In this document: piece after piece, positions 46,605 through 55,507 of the stretch | How the letters are laid out: every line of letters begins with the position of its first letter | Position numbering within the stretch: position 1 is the first letter of the stretch | DNA from: Candidatus Latescibacterota bacterium | GTDB taxonomy: Bacteria > Latescibacterota > UBA2968 > UBA8231 | Reading direction: 5' to 3' | Assembly (NCBI GenBank): GCA_965203355.1 | Contig: OZ241889.1 | Coordinates: 320,001-384,000, forward strand | Length of the DNA stretch: 64,000 nucleotides | The notes under the pieces: generated by a model | The model's database searches: none | Told to the model about the DNA's origin: nothing | The model's input: the letters and a program-made list of their open reading frames with translations, nothing else | Made by a program: the position numbers and the translations under genes

Positions 46605-47939
46605 TCAATATCCCAATTCCCGCTCCATTTCTCCAACCACATCCGCGATCACCTGTGCGACTTCCTCGACTTGCTCTTCGCTGATGGTAAAGGGCGGGCT
46701 GATGGCAATGTGATCGCCGCTGACGCCGTCGATCAAGCCGGGCGATCCGGGCATGATGAGCACACCTTTGGCAAAGGCGCGGTTGACGATCGCGGCCGCC
46801 ACGCCCTGCGTGGGATCAAAGGGCGTACCGGTCGCCTTGTCCTTGACAAACTCGACGCCGGTAAGCAGGCCCTTGCCGCGCACCGCGCTGACTAGGGGCG
46901 AGTCCATTAAGGGCTGCATCTTCTCCAGCATCAGGTCGCCCATCTGCGCACAGCGAGAAACCAAATCGTGGTCTTGGATGTAGTTCTGCACGGCCAAGGC
47001 AATGGCGCAAGAGAGTGGATTGCCGCCGTACGTGTGGCCGTGAACGTAGTGGTTTTGCTTTTTGTAGATCCCGTCGTAGATCGCGTCGCGGACCAAGGTG
47101 GCAGCAATAGGCGTGTACCCACTGCTGAGGCCCTTGCCAGTAGCCATGATGTCTGGGATGGCGTCCCAGTGCTCAATCCCGAAGTTGAGTCCCGTGCGTC
47201 CGTAGCCCGTGACCACTTCGTCGATGATCATCAAGACGCTGTAGCGGTCGCAGATCGCGCGGATGGTGGGGAAGTAGTCGGGCGGTGGCATCAGGCCGCA
47301 GCAAGAAGTGCCCGAGATCGGCTCGGCAATAAAGGCGGAGATGTACTCGCTGCCCTCTTGTTTGATGACCCGTTCCAGATCTTCGGCGCAGGCCAGCGTA
47401 CAGGCGGGCCGGTCTTGGCAGTACGGGCAGTTCGCCGGGCGGGGAAAGGCGATGTGCGGGAAGTCGAGCAAATAAGGCACGTAGTCCTCGCGCCAAGTGG
47501 AGCGACCCGACATGGAAAGCGCGCCAATGGTATTGCCGTGCCAGCTCTGCCAGCGGGTGATGACTTTGTACTTCTTCGGGTTGCCGGTCTCGACGTGGTA
47601 CTTGCGGGCGATCTTGAGCGCGGACTCCGTGGCTTCGGACCCGCCGGAGACGAAGAAGACGCGGTTGAGGTCGCCCGGGGCTAGGGCGGCGATTTTGTCG
47701 GCGAGGTCGATTTGCGGCTGGGTGAGGAAGCGGGCATAGGTAAAGCAAACCTTGTTCGACTGCTCCCGCATGACGTCAGCTATCTCTGGGACGCCGTGGC
47801 CGATGGAAATCACGTGGACGCCAGCGCAGGCATCGAGGTATGCCCGGCCATCTTCGGCGTAAAGGTAGCAGTCTTTGCCGTGGGAAATCTGCGGCCAGTG
47901 GTCGGTAATGACGCGGTGGAAAATGCGGTCCGTGGTCAT
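46605..47939 (-). CDS. Class III PLP-dependent aminotransferase
   Basis: YLDAC.G...SIGHG, SGGSEATESALK, SWHGNT, DEVVTGYGRTG, GKGLSSGY.P, HGHTY. Confidence 0.95.
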   Translation of the reverse strand: MTTDRIFHRVITDHWPQISHGKDCYLYAEDGRAYLDACAGVHVISIGHGVPEIADVMREQSNKVCFTYARFLTQPQIDLADKIAALAPGDLNRVFFVSGGSEATESALKIARKYHVETGNPKKYKVITRWQSWHGNTIGALSMSGRSTWREDYVPYLLDFPHIAFPRPANCPYCQDRPACTLACAEDLERVIKQEGSEYISAFIAEPISGTSCCGLMPPPDYFPTIRAICDRYSVLMIIDEVVTGYGRTGLNFGIEHWDAIPDIMATGKGLSSGYTPIAATLVRDAIYDGIYKKQNHYVHGHTYGGNPLSCAIALAVQNYIQDHDLVSRCAQMGDLMLEKMQPLMDSPLVSAVRGKGLLTGVEFVKDKATGTPFDPTQGVAAAIVNRAFAKGVLIMPGSPGLIDGVSGDHIAISPPFTISEEQVEEVAQVIADVVGEMERELGY

Positions 47940-48104
47940 GGATTTGGTCCTTTGGCGGTGGTGGGGACAAGGGCCTGAAGATACGCAGGCCCAAGCGGCC
48001 AGCATAGGGCGCGCCCGGTTTTAGCGGCTGTTCGAGGTGCAACCCGCTCAATATCTCGATATGTTTCCCTTTACCGCTGCAAACGTCAGTGAGATAACAA
48101 ACAG

Positions 48105-50270
48105 GTGAGTTTGCAAAAAAAATGTAGGCGAGTCCTAGCAGCAACGCTGCTATCGGCAGGGACGGCACAAGCGGCGACCCTGAGCGGCTTTGTCTCCGCT
48201 GCCGACAACGGCGAAGCCCTGACCCGCGCCCTGGTCGCAGTCGAAGGATTTCAACTCGGGGCGGTCAGCAACAACAGCGGCTACTACGCGGTCAAACAAG
48301 TACCGGCTGGCACACACGTGATAAGCGCGTCGCACTTAGGCTACCAGACCCGGTGGGACACGCTGCACTTTAGGGCCGATGAGGCCGTGCGGCTCGACGT
48401 GGCCCTGGTGCCCGAGCCAACGGACCTAAGCGCGCCGATTTCGGTGGAGGCCGAGCGCATTCGCCTCCGCGTCAGGCCCGTACAGCAGCTACCCGCCCTC
48501 GGCGAGGCCGACCTCTTGCGCAGCTTGCAGTTACTGCCGGGCATCCAAGCGGTTGCGGACATCAGCAGCGGCTTGTACGTGCGCGGCGGAGACCCCAGCC
48601 AGACGGCCATCCTCCTCAACCAAACTCCGCTGTACAATCCCTCCCACCTGTTCGGCCTCTTCTCAACCTTTAACCCAGACGCCATCAAGGAGGTCGATCT
48701 GTACAAGGGAGCCTACCCCGCTCCGTACGGCCGCACGCTCGGCGCGGTGCTCAACGTGAGCAACCGCGAGGGCAACCGCAAGCGGACGAGCGGGCGCGGC
48801 GGCGTGAGCCTGATTTCAGGCCGTTTGCTCACCGAGGGGCCCGTCGGCCAAGGCTCGTGGATGTTAGCCGGTCGCCGCACCTACTTGGACGGTGTGTTTA
48901 GCGCCCTCCGCGCCCGCGGGGAGGACATCCCCTTGAACTATTACTTCTACGACTTCAACGGCGGCATTAATCAGCGGTGGGGCGAAGACGCCTACGCCGC
49001 AAGCGCGTACCGGGGCCATGACGACCTGCGAATTGAGCTAGAAGACGACGAAGAGTCTTTCGTCGATATGCGCTGGGGCAACCGCGCACTGATGGCGCAC
49101 TGGACGCGCGCGTTCTCACCGGCCCTGTTCGGTCACTTCATGGCCGCGCGCTCAGAATATGAAAGCATCGTCGCGCTCGGTTTCCTCGACGCGCCCGTCC
49201 GCATCGCCAACAGCATCCGCGACCTTTCGCTCAAAGGCCACTTGGATTACTTCGCCAACCGCCATCACGCGCTCTCTTTGGGCTTGTTGGCCACTCTGTT
49301 CGAGTTTCACTTCGCCCGGTCTTTCAACGAGCGGACCCAGCTCGACCTGCGCCAAGAGCCGATGCTGTTGGAAGGCTACGTGCAGGATGAATGGCAGGTC
49401 GGACCGGCCACACAGGTGCAGTTGGGCGGACGGGGAACGTACTTCAGCGCAGGAAATCGCTGGCACTTCACGCCGCGGCTCGCCCTAAGCCAAGCGTTGA
49501 GCGACAAAATCCGCGTCCAAGCGGCCGGCGGGGTATATCGCCAACACCTGCAACTGATCACCACCGAAGCCTTCAGCGGCGGCGATTTCTGGGTGCCGCT
49601 CGACGGCACCGTCGAGCCGGGGCGCTCCTATCAGGCCGTCACCAGCCTCGAGTGGACCCCTGCGCCGCGCTACCAGGTTTCCGTGGCGGCCTATTACACG
49701 GACCTCGCCAACCTCGTGACCGTGGATACCGCACTGCCAGACGACAACGAGGAAACGCATTCGGAAGCGGTATTCAAAAGCGGCGGCACGGGCTGGGCCA
49801 GCGGGATCGAGGTTTTTTTGCAGCAACGCACGGGCGCACTCACCGGGTGGATCGGCTACGCGCTCGCTTGGACGCGGCGCACCTTCCCCGAACTCAACGG
49901 GGGCCAACCCTTTCCCCCCAAGCACGACCGCCGCCACGACTTGTCTTTTATTGCTTCCTACGAGGTGGGCGCATGGCAACTCGGCGCGACCTTGGCGTAC
50001 GCCAGCGGTCAGGCATTTACGCCGCCCTCGGAATCACCCGCCCAGCGCAACAGCGCCCGCCTACAGCCCTATCACCGCCTGGATATCAGTGCCCGCCGAT
50101 CGCTCAGGCTGCGAGGAACCGACAGCGAGTTTTACGTGCAGATATTCAATGTGTATAGCCGCCGCAACGAGTGGTTTTTGCAGCTTGATTCGGTCCATCC
50201 CGAAGTCGATCCGCGCCAGATCAAACAATTGCCCATAGTCCCTACGCTGGGCTTTAACTTCTCTTTTTAA
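48105..50270 (+). CDS. TonB-dependent receptor with N-terminal carboxypeptidase-regulatory-like domain
   Basis: GEADLLRSLQLLPGI, GLYVRGG, YNPSHLFG.FS.FN, HDRRH, YHRLD, terminal FNFSF. Confidence 0.9.
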   Translation: MSLQKKCRRVLAATLLSAGTAQAATLSGFVSAADNGEALTRALVAVEGFQLGAVSNNSGYYAVKQVPAGTHVISASHLGYQTRWDTLHFRADEAVRLDVALVPEPTDLSAPISVEAERIRLRVRPVQQLPALGEADLLRSLQLLPGIQAVADISSGLYVRGGDPSQTAILLNQTPLYNPSHLFGLFSTFNPDAIKEVDLYKGAYPAPYGRTLGAVLNVSNREGNRKRTSGRGGVSLISGRLLTEGPVGQGSWMLAGRRTYLDGVFSALRARGEDIPLNYYFYDFNGGINQRWGEDAYAASAYRGHDDLRIELEDDEESFVDMRWGNRALMAHWTRAFSPALFGHFMAARSEYESIVALGFLDAPVRIANSIRDLSLKGHLDYFANRHHALSLGLLATLFEFHFARSFNERTQLDLRQEPMLLEGYVQDEWQVGPATQVQLGGRGTYFSAGNRWHFTPRLALSQALSDKIRVQAAGGVYRQHLQLITTEAFSGGDFWVPLDGTVEPGRSYQAVTSLEWTPAPRYQVSVAAYYTDLANLVTVDTALPDDNEETHSEAVFKSGGTGWASGIEVFLQQRTGALTGWIGYALAWTRRTFPELNGGQPFPPKHDRRHDLSFIASYEVGAWQLGATLAYASGQAFTPPSESPAQRNSARLQPYHRLDISARRSLRLRGTDSEFYVQIFNVYSRRNEWFLQLDSVHPEVDPRQIKQLPIVPTLGFNFSF

Positions 50271-50319
50271 CAGCGAAATCCAAAGTCGGCGCGTCTGCCA
50301 TCCCACTGCACTGAAAGCT

Positions 50320-50400
50320 CTTGTCTAAGTATTGTCTAAATTATGTCTAAAAAATTAGAAGATATTATTGACAAATAATAGACAGATTATCATTATCTAT
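50320..50400 (+). promoter_or_regulatory. CarH/LitR-type operator overlapping a sigma70 promoter
   Basis: TGTCTA at 50322, 50333 and 50344 (11-bp period). TnnACA in the opposite orientation at 50368 (TTGACA, also the -35) and 50379 (TAGACA). Confidence 0.8.
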
Positions 50401-50448
50401 GATAACGGACGCCAAAGTGGCTCCAAATTACAATAAGGAGGAAATCGC

Positions 50449-50988
50449 ATGAAGATCACCCGCATTGCCACGCTCATGGCGCTAGCACTTTCGTCTTGGG
50501 GAGGCCCAGCTCAAGCGCAAGATGAGGACATCGTCGATGTCGCCATCGGGGCTGGTGCTTTTAACACGCTGGTCGCCGCGGTTCAGGCCGCCGAGCTCGT
50601 CGATGCGCTCAAGGGCGAAGGCCCTTTCACCGTCTTCGCCCCTACTGACGAAGCATTCGCCGCTTTGCCAGAGGGCACCGTCGAGTCGCTGCTGCTGCCC
50701 GAGAATAGGGAACAGCTAACCTCGATCCTGCTTTATCACGTCGTCGCAGGTTCGGTCTTGGCCGCCGACGTAGTGGAGTTGGATTCGGCTACTACCCTCA
50801 ATGGTGCTTCAATCAATATCAGCGTCGGCGACAGCGGCGTGATGATCAACAACGCCAATGTCGTCCAAGCGGACGTGGCCGCCAGTAATGGCGTAATCCA
50901 CATCATTGATGCGGTGCTCCTGCCGCCTCCACCTGCCACCGCGGTCGAAAGCAGCTCGTGGGGGATGGTCAAGCAGCAGGCGCACTAA
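50449..50988 (+). CDS. Fasciclin (FAS1) domain secreted protein
   Basis: F.TLVAAV.AA.L...[30 protein letters not shown]; tail [16 protein letters not shown]. Confidence 0.95.
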   Translation: MKITRIATLMALALSSWGGPAQAQDEDIVDVAIGAGAFNTLVAAVQAAELVDALKGEGPFTVFAPTDEAFAALPEGTVESLLLPENREQLTSILLYHVVAGSVLAADVVELDSATTLNGASINISVGDSGVMINNANVVQADVAASNGVIHIIDAVLLPPPPATAVESSSWGMVKQQAH

Positions 50989-51064
50989 ATCAGTCAACTC
51001 GGGTTTTGGAACTTAGAGTTGGCGGACAAGATCCATGATGATAGGATAGATTGGATCGTTGAAC

Positions 51065-51099
51065 GGGTCGCCGGGGCTCAGCCTGAGCCCCGGCGACCC
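51065..51099. terminator. Perfect 17-bp inverted repeat (terminator or mRNA stabiliser)
   Basis: gggtcgccggggctcag-c-ctgagccccggcgaccc; no U tract. Confidence 0.6.
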
Positions 51100-51276
51100 A
51101 ACGTATACCGAATCAATTCGGATTAAGCGTCCCTAAACCCCGTCCCTGTGTTAAAAAAACGTCTCTCGCCCTATGAAAAACGCTTCGTGCGAAGGCACTC
51201 GACGGCCCTTGATGCCATCGTTCTATTGTGTTAATGTAGTTCACCCCGACGATGGCGAAAATGAAAGGAAAAATAA

Positions 51277-54174
51277 ATGATATTATCTCGATTGTTTTTC
51301 GTCGCTTGCGTTTTTATGGCAAGCTCCACTTCGGCCTTTGCCCAACTCACCATTAAAGGCGAGGTTACGGACGAGCGAGGCGAGCCCCTGCCCAATGTCA
51401 CTATTATTGCCGCTGCCTACCCTCTTGGCACGATCACCGATGCCCAAGGCAAGTTCGCGCTCTTTCTGCCACAACCAGCAGCGGAAACCGAGATTGAAGC
51501 GTGGTTTGTTGGCTACAAAACCTCCAGACAAACCATTCGCCAAAACAGCGGCCTTGTGGAAGTTGCCTTTCAACTCAGCATAGATGCCCTGCAATTCGAT
51601 GAAATCGTCGTCACTGGGCTTTCCGCGGCAGCCAGCAAAAAACAGCTCGGCAATGCCATTTCCACCCTGACCGTTAGCCAACTGGAATCCACCGGTGCCA
51701 CATCTCTCGACAAAGCCTTGACCGGCAAGTTAGCCGGCGCACTCATTCAACAAAATTCGGGCAATCCAGCCGGCGGCGTAACCATCCGCTTGCGTGGAAC
51801 CAGCACCGTCTTGGGTAGTGCCGATCCGCTCTATGTGGTGGATGGCGTCATTGTGAACAACGATTCCCCCGAACTGATCCTCCTCGGCGGCGGGGCGCAA
51901 AACCGCCTCGTCGATCTCAATCCAAACGACATAGAACGCATTGAAATAGTAAAAGGTGCCGCGGCAGCCGCTCTGTACGGATCGCGTGCTAACAATGGTG
52001 TTGTGCAAATATTTACAAAGCGCGGCGTTTTGGGCAAGCCTCGCATCAACTACACCGGTCGTCTTTCAACTTCAACAGTACGCAAAACACTGCCGGTAAA
52101 CCGAGCAGAATTTGACAATGAAGGCAACAGGGTACAACGATTCGATCATCAGGATTTTATCTTTAGAAACGCCACGGGAGTGGAACACTATGCCTCGGTT
52201 TCTGGCGGATCTGAAGACACCCGTTATTTTGCTTCTGCATCCCATCTCGGCAATCAAGGCGTGGTCCAAAACACATTATTTCGCCGGAGCAGCATCCGAA
52301 CGCGCATTGACCAAGATTTGTCGCACTGGGCCACCTTATCTGTGGGTGGAAACTTCGCTTTCAGCAATAGCAACGACATCCCCAATGGTGGGCTAAATTC
52401 GAACTACGGCGCACTGACGGGTTTTATTTTCGGCCCCAACACCTACGATCCCACACCGGATCCCGAGACCGGTATTTATCCTAACGATGGCACGCTCGCC
52501 AATCCCCTAGAAGTCATTGATCGATACGATTTCACGCAGGAAGTCACGCGCTATATCGGCAGCGCAGCACTATACTTAAAGCCGCTAGCGGGATTGGGCA
52601 TCGACTATACGCTGGGTTTGGATACCTACGACCAAACGGCCATCGCATTTATCCCAATCGGCACGTCTGCGCCGGGTCTGGCAAATGGCCAGTCTCGAAA
52701 ATCCAAATTCGATTTCTTGCAACTCAACAACGACATCAATCTCAGTTACGAGCAGCACCTGCGCCCCGAGGTGCAATCGACCACGCGGATCGGCGGAACC
52801 GTGCAATACGAAAGAGGAGCAAGATTCGGTGCAGAAGGCAAAAACCTGAGTCCCGCCTCCCAAATCATCCAGAGCGGTTCGACCGTTAGTGCAAGCGAGT
52901 GGAGAAGCAAAAAGGCCATTTATGGCGCATTCGTCCAGCAGACTTTTGGCATCGCCGATCGCCTTTTTGTCACAGGAGCTATCCGCACGGACGCCTCTTC
53001 GGTATACGACGAAAACAACCGCTGGCAAACCTATCCCAAAGCGAGCGCATCCTATCTCATTTCAGATGAGGGTTTCTGGCAAGACAGCGCACTCAAAAAT
53101 ACGTTTCCAGACTTCAAATTGCGAGCTTCCGTAGGCACTTCGGGCGGTCAAACGGCGATTGGTCCCTATACTCGCCTGACCAATTACAACGTATCCTCGT
53201 ATGATGGTAACGCCGGTCTGGTGCCCAGCACACAACTTGGTGGGACGGTCAAGCCCGAAAGACAGCGGGAAATTGAAATAGGAAGCGATTTTAGTCTCTT
53301 GTCCAATCGCTTGGGCGTAGAGCTGACCTACTACGATCAACACGTTCGAGACTTGTTGCTCTTCCGCTCGTTGTCCCCCTCTACAGGTTATTCGGGAGCC
53401 TTGCAAAATGTCGGCACCTTGGACAATGTCGGATGGGAGCTTCTCGTGCGTGCGGTGCCGCTTGCACGCCCCACCCTCCGCTGGGAATCAACCTTCACCT
53501 ATTCGACCAACAAAAACGAAGTCAATGGCATTGAGGACGATCGATTGCCCATCTCGAATTCGTTTGGCCAAGTCTTTGCCATCAACGGCGAGCCACTCGG
53601 GGTTTTCTACAGCACGGCTTTTGCACGCGATACCCAAGGCAATATAGCACTCGATGAAAACGATCTCCCCATTCAGGCGGCTGAGCGCAAAATCATTGGG
53701 GATCCCAACCCGGACTTTACCGCTTCGTGGATCAATCAAATCGACTTGGGGAAAAACTGGTCGTTTCGCATGCAAGCGGATGCGGTCATCGGCGGCGATG
53801 TATTTAATTTTACCAGACGCTTGGCCGCCTTGCCCGCGTTTGGCGTTTTAACGGATTACGAACGCGAATTAGAAGGCGAACTCCCCGCTGGCTATAATGC
53901 GAAAGTCTTCCGAATTTTTGAACACTGGATCGAGGATGGATCCTTTGTAAAATTGCGTGAACTGTCCGCATCATATCGCTGGCAACCCCACTTTTTGGGA
54001 GAGAGTAGCATTCAACTGAGCCTGATTGGCCGCAACTTGTTTTCCCTAGACGATTACAGCGGTTACGACCCGGAGATCAACATCGGCGGGCAGCGCACCG
54101 TAGTGCGCGGATTTGATTTTGTAGAAGTGCCTATCCCGCGCAGCATTGCATTTCAGATAAACTTGAACTACTAA
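51277..54174 (+). CDS. susC: SusC/RagA-family TonB-linked outer-membrane protein
   Basis: SGNPAGG..IRLRG.S, PLYVVDG, DLNPNDIE.IEIVKGAAAAALYGSRA.NGVV.IFTKRG, KPE...E.E.G, EDGSFVKLRE, Y.GYDPE. Confidence 0.95.
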   Translation: MILSRLFFVACVFMASSTSAFAQLTIKGEVTDERGEPLPNVTIIAAAYPLGTITDAQGKFALFLPQPAAETEIEAWFVGYKTSRQTIRQNSGLVEVAFQLSIDALQFDEIVVTGLSAAASKKQLGNAISTLTVSQLESTGATSLDKALTGKLAGALIQQNSGNPAGGVTIRLRGTSTVLGSADPLYVVDGVIVNNDSPELILLGGGAQNRLVDLNPNDIERIEIVKGAAAAALYGSRANNGVVQIFTKRGVLGKPRINYTGRLSTSTVRKTLPVNRAEFDNEGNRVQRFDHQDFIFRNATGVEHYASVSGGSEDTRYFASASHLGNQGVVQNTLFRRSSIRTRIDQDLSHWATLSVGGNFAFSNSNDIPNGGLNSNYGALTGFIFGPNTYDPTPDPETGIYPNDGTLANPLEVIDRYDFTQEVTRYIGSAALYLKPLAGLGIDYTLGLDTYDQTAIAFIPIGTSAPGLANGQSRKSKFDFLQLNNDINLSYEQHLRPEVQSTTRIGGTVQYERGARFGAEGKNLSPASQIIQSGSTVSASEWRSKKAIYGAFVQQTFGIADRLFVTGAIRTDASSVYDENNRWQTYPKASASYLISDEGFWQDSALKNTFPDFKLRASVGTSGGQTAIGPYTRLTNYNVSSYDGNAGLVPSTQLGGTVKPERQREIEIGSDFSLLSNRLGVELTYYDQHVRDLLLFRSLSPSTGYSGALQNVGTLDNVGWELLVRAVPLARPTLRWESTFTYSTNKNEVNGIEDDRLPISNSFGQVFAINGEPLGVFYSTAFARDTQGNIALDENDLPIQAAERKIIGDPNPDFTASWINQIDLGKNWSFRMQADAVIGGDVFNFTRRLAALPAFGVLTDYERELEGELPAGYNAKVFRIFEHWIEDGSFVKLRELSASYRWQPHFLGESSIQLSLIGRNLFSLDDYSGYDPEINIGGQRTVVRGFDFVEVPIPRSIAFQINLNY

Positions 54175-54187
54175 GCGGAGAAATAAC

Positions 54188-55486
54188 ATGAAATCGAATC
54201 GCCTGTACACAATCTCGGCATGTCTGCTCTTTTTGGCCCAAGGTTGCGATTTGAACATATCAAATCCAAACCAAGCGTCGGAAGATCGCGTCTTGAGCAC
54301 TAGCGATGGCATCATCGCCCTCGCCATTGGTATGCAACGAGATTACGCGAGTCAAAATGTCGATGCCTATCTGCGCCATACCGCCATTACAAGCCGCGAA
54401 CTTGCCGCAAACACGACATTTGCCAATCTCCTCGAATTAGAGGATGGCAGCACTGTGTCTGGCGCGAATGGCGCTGTCGGCGCGATCTGGTCCCGTTCCT
54501 ATCGCATCATCGGCATCGCCAACAACTTGATCGAAAACGCGGCCAATGTACCACTTGCTGAAGGTACGCGCAGCGGCCTTATTGCACTGGCACACCTTTA
54601 CAAAGCGATGTGTTTGGGATTTATCGCGCAGGCTTTTGAAAGTGCCCCCATAGATGTACAGGTCGATGGGCAAGCCCCTTTTGTATCGCGCCAAGAGCTT
54701 TTTGCCGCCGCGATCGAGTTGTTGGACGACGCACGCCAAACCATCGACACCACGCCGCCCTCCGCTCAGTTCAACTCAGATATTTTGGGCAGCGGATTCG
54801 ATCTCTCAAATACGATTCACGCTTATCGGGCGCGCTATAACCTGTTCGCGGGCAATTATCAAGCGGCAATTGAAGCGGCCAATGCCGTTGATCCCTTGGC
54901 AACTTCAGTCTATATGTACGACGCCAGAAGCCAAAATCCCATTTACGCCCAAGTTTTTGTTGAAGATGATTACGCCCCGAGAGACCTTTTCGGCACCCAA
55001 CTCACAGACAGCGACGATGGGCGACTTGCATTTTATCTCGTACCAGATGAAAGCACTAGCACCAATGGCTTTCCTATTGAAATGTTGGCCGGCTTTTGGA
55101 ACGAAGCTACATCGTCCATACCAGCCTATTTGCCCAGCGAAATGGTCTTGACGCGAGCAGAAGCCAATGCAATGCTGGGCGATATCGAAAATGCAATCGC
55201 AGAAATAGACGCTATTCGCACAAAAACACCCGAGCAAGATCCCTATGGCATTGGAGCATCGCTACCGCCCTATAACGGCCCACAAACCCTTGAGGACGTT
55301 CTAGAAGAAATCTTTCGGCAACGCCGAGCGGAATTGTTCCTCAATGGCACGGGATGGGAGGACAGCCGCCGCCTCGGGCAACCCGGCCCTTCATCCGACT
55401 CCTTTGAGCGAAATCGCAACTTTTATCCATACCCGGATCAAGAGATCCTAAACAACCCCAACATACCGCTCGATCCGACAAATTAG
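54188..55486 (+). CDS. susD: SusD/RagB-family lipoprotein
   Basis: Lipobox AQGC; ARYNL; EM.L..AEA; QRR.ELF..G..W.D.RR; YP..E...NPN. Confidence 0.9.
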   Translation: MKSNRLYTISACLLFLAQGCDLNISNPNQASEDRVLSTSDGIIALAIGMQRDYASQNVDAYLRHTAITSRELAANTTFANLLELEDGSTVSGANGAVGAIWSRSYRIIGIANNLIENAANVPLAEGTRSGLIALAHLYKAMCLGFIAQAFESAPIDVQVDGQAPFVSRQELFAAAIELLDDARQTIDTTPPSAQFNSDILGSGFDLSNTIHAYRARYNLFAGNYQAAIEAANAVDPLATSVYMYDARSQNPIYAQVFVEDDYAPRDLFGTQLTDSDDGRLAFYLVPDESTSTNGFPIEMLAGFWNEATSSIPAYLPSEMVLTRAEANAMLGDIENAIAEIDAIRTKTPEQDPYGIGASLPPYNGPQTLEDVLEEIFRQRRAELFLNGTGWEDSRRLGQPGPSSDSFERNRNFYPYPDQEILNNPNIPLDPTN

Positions 55487-55507
55487 GATCAGCAGAAAGG
55501 ATTTATC

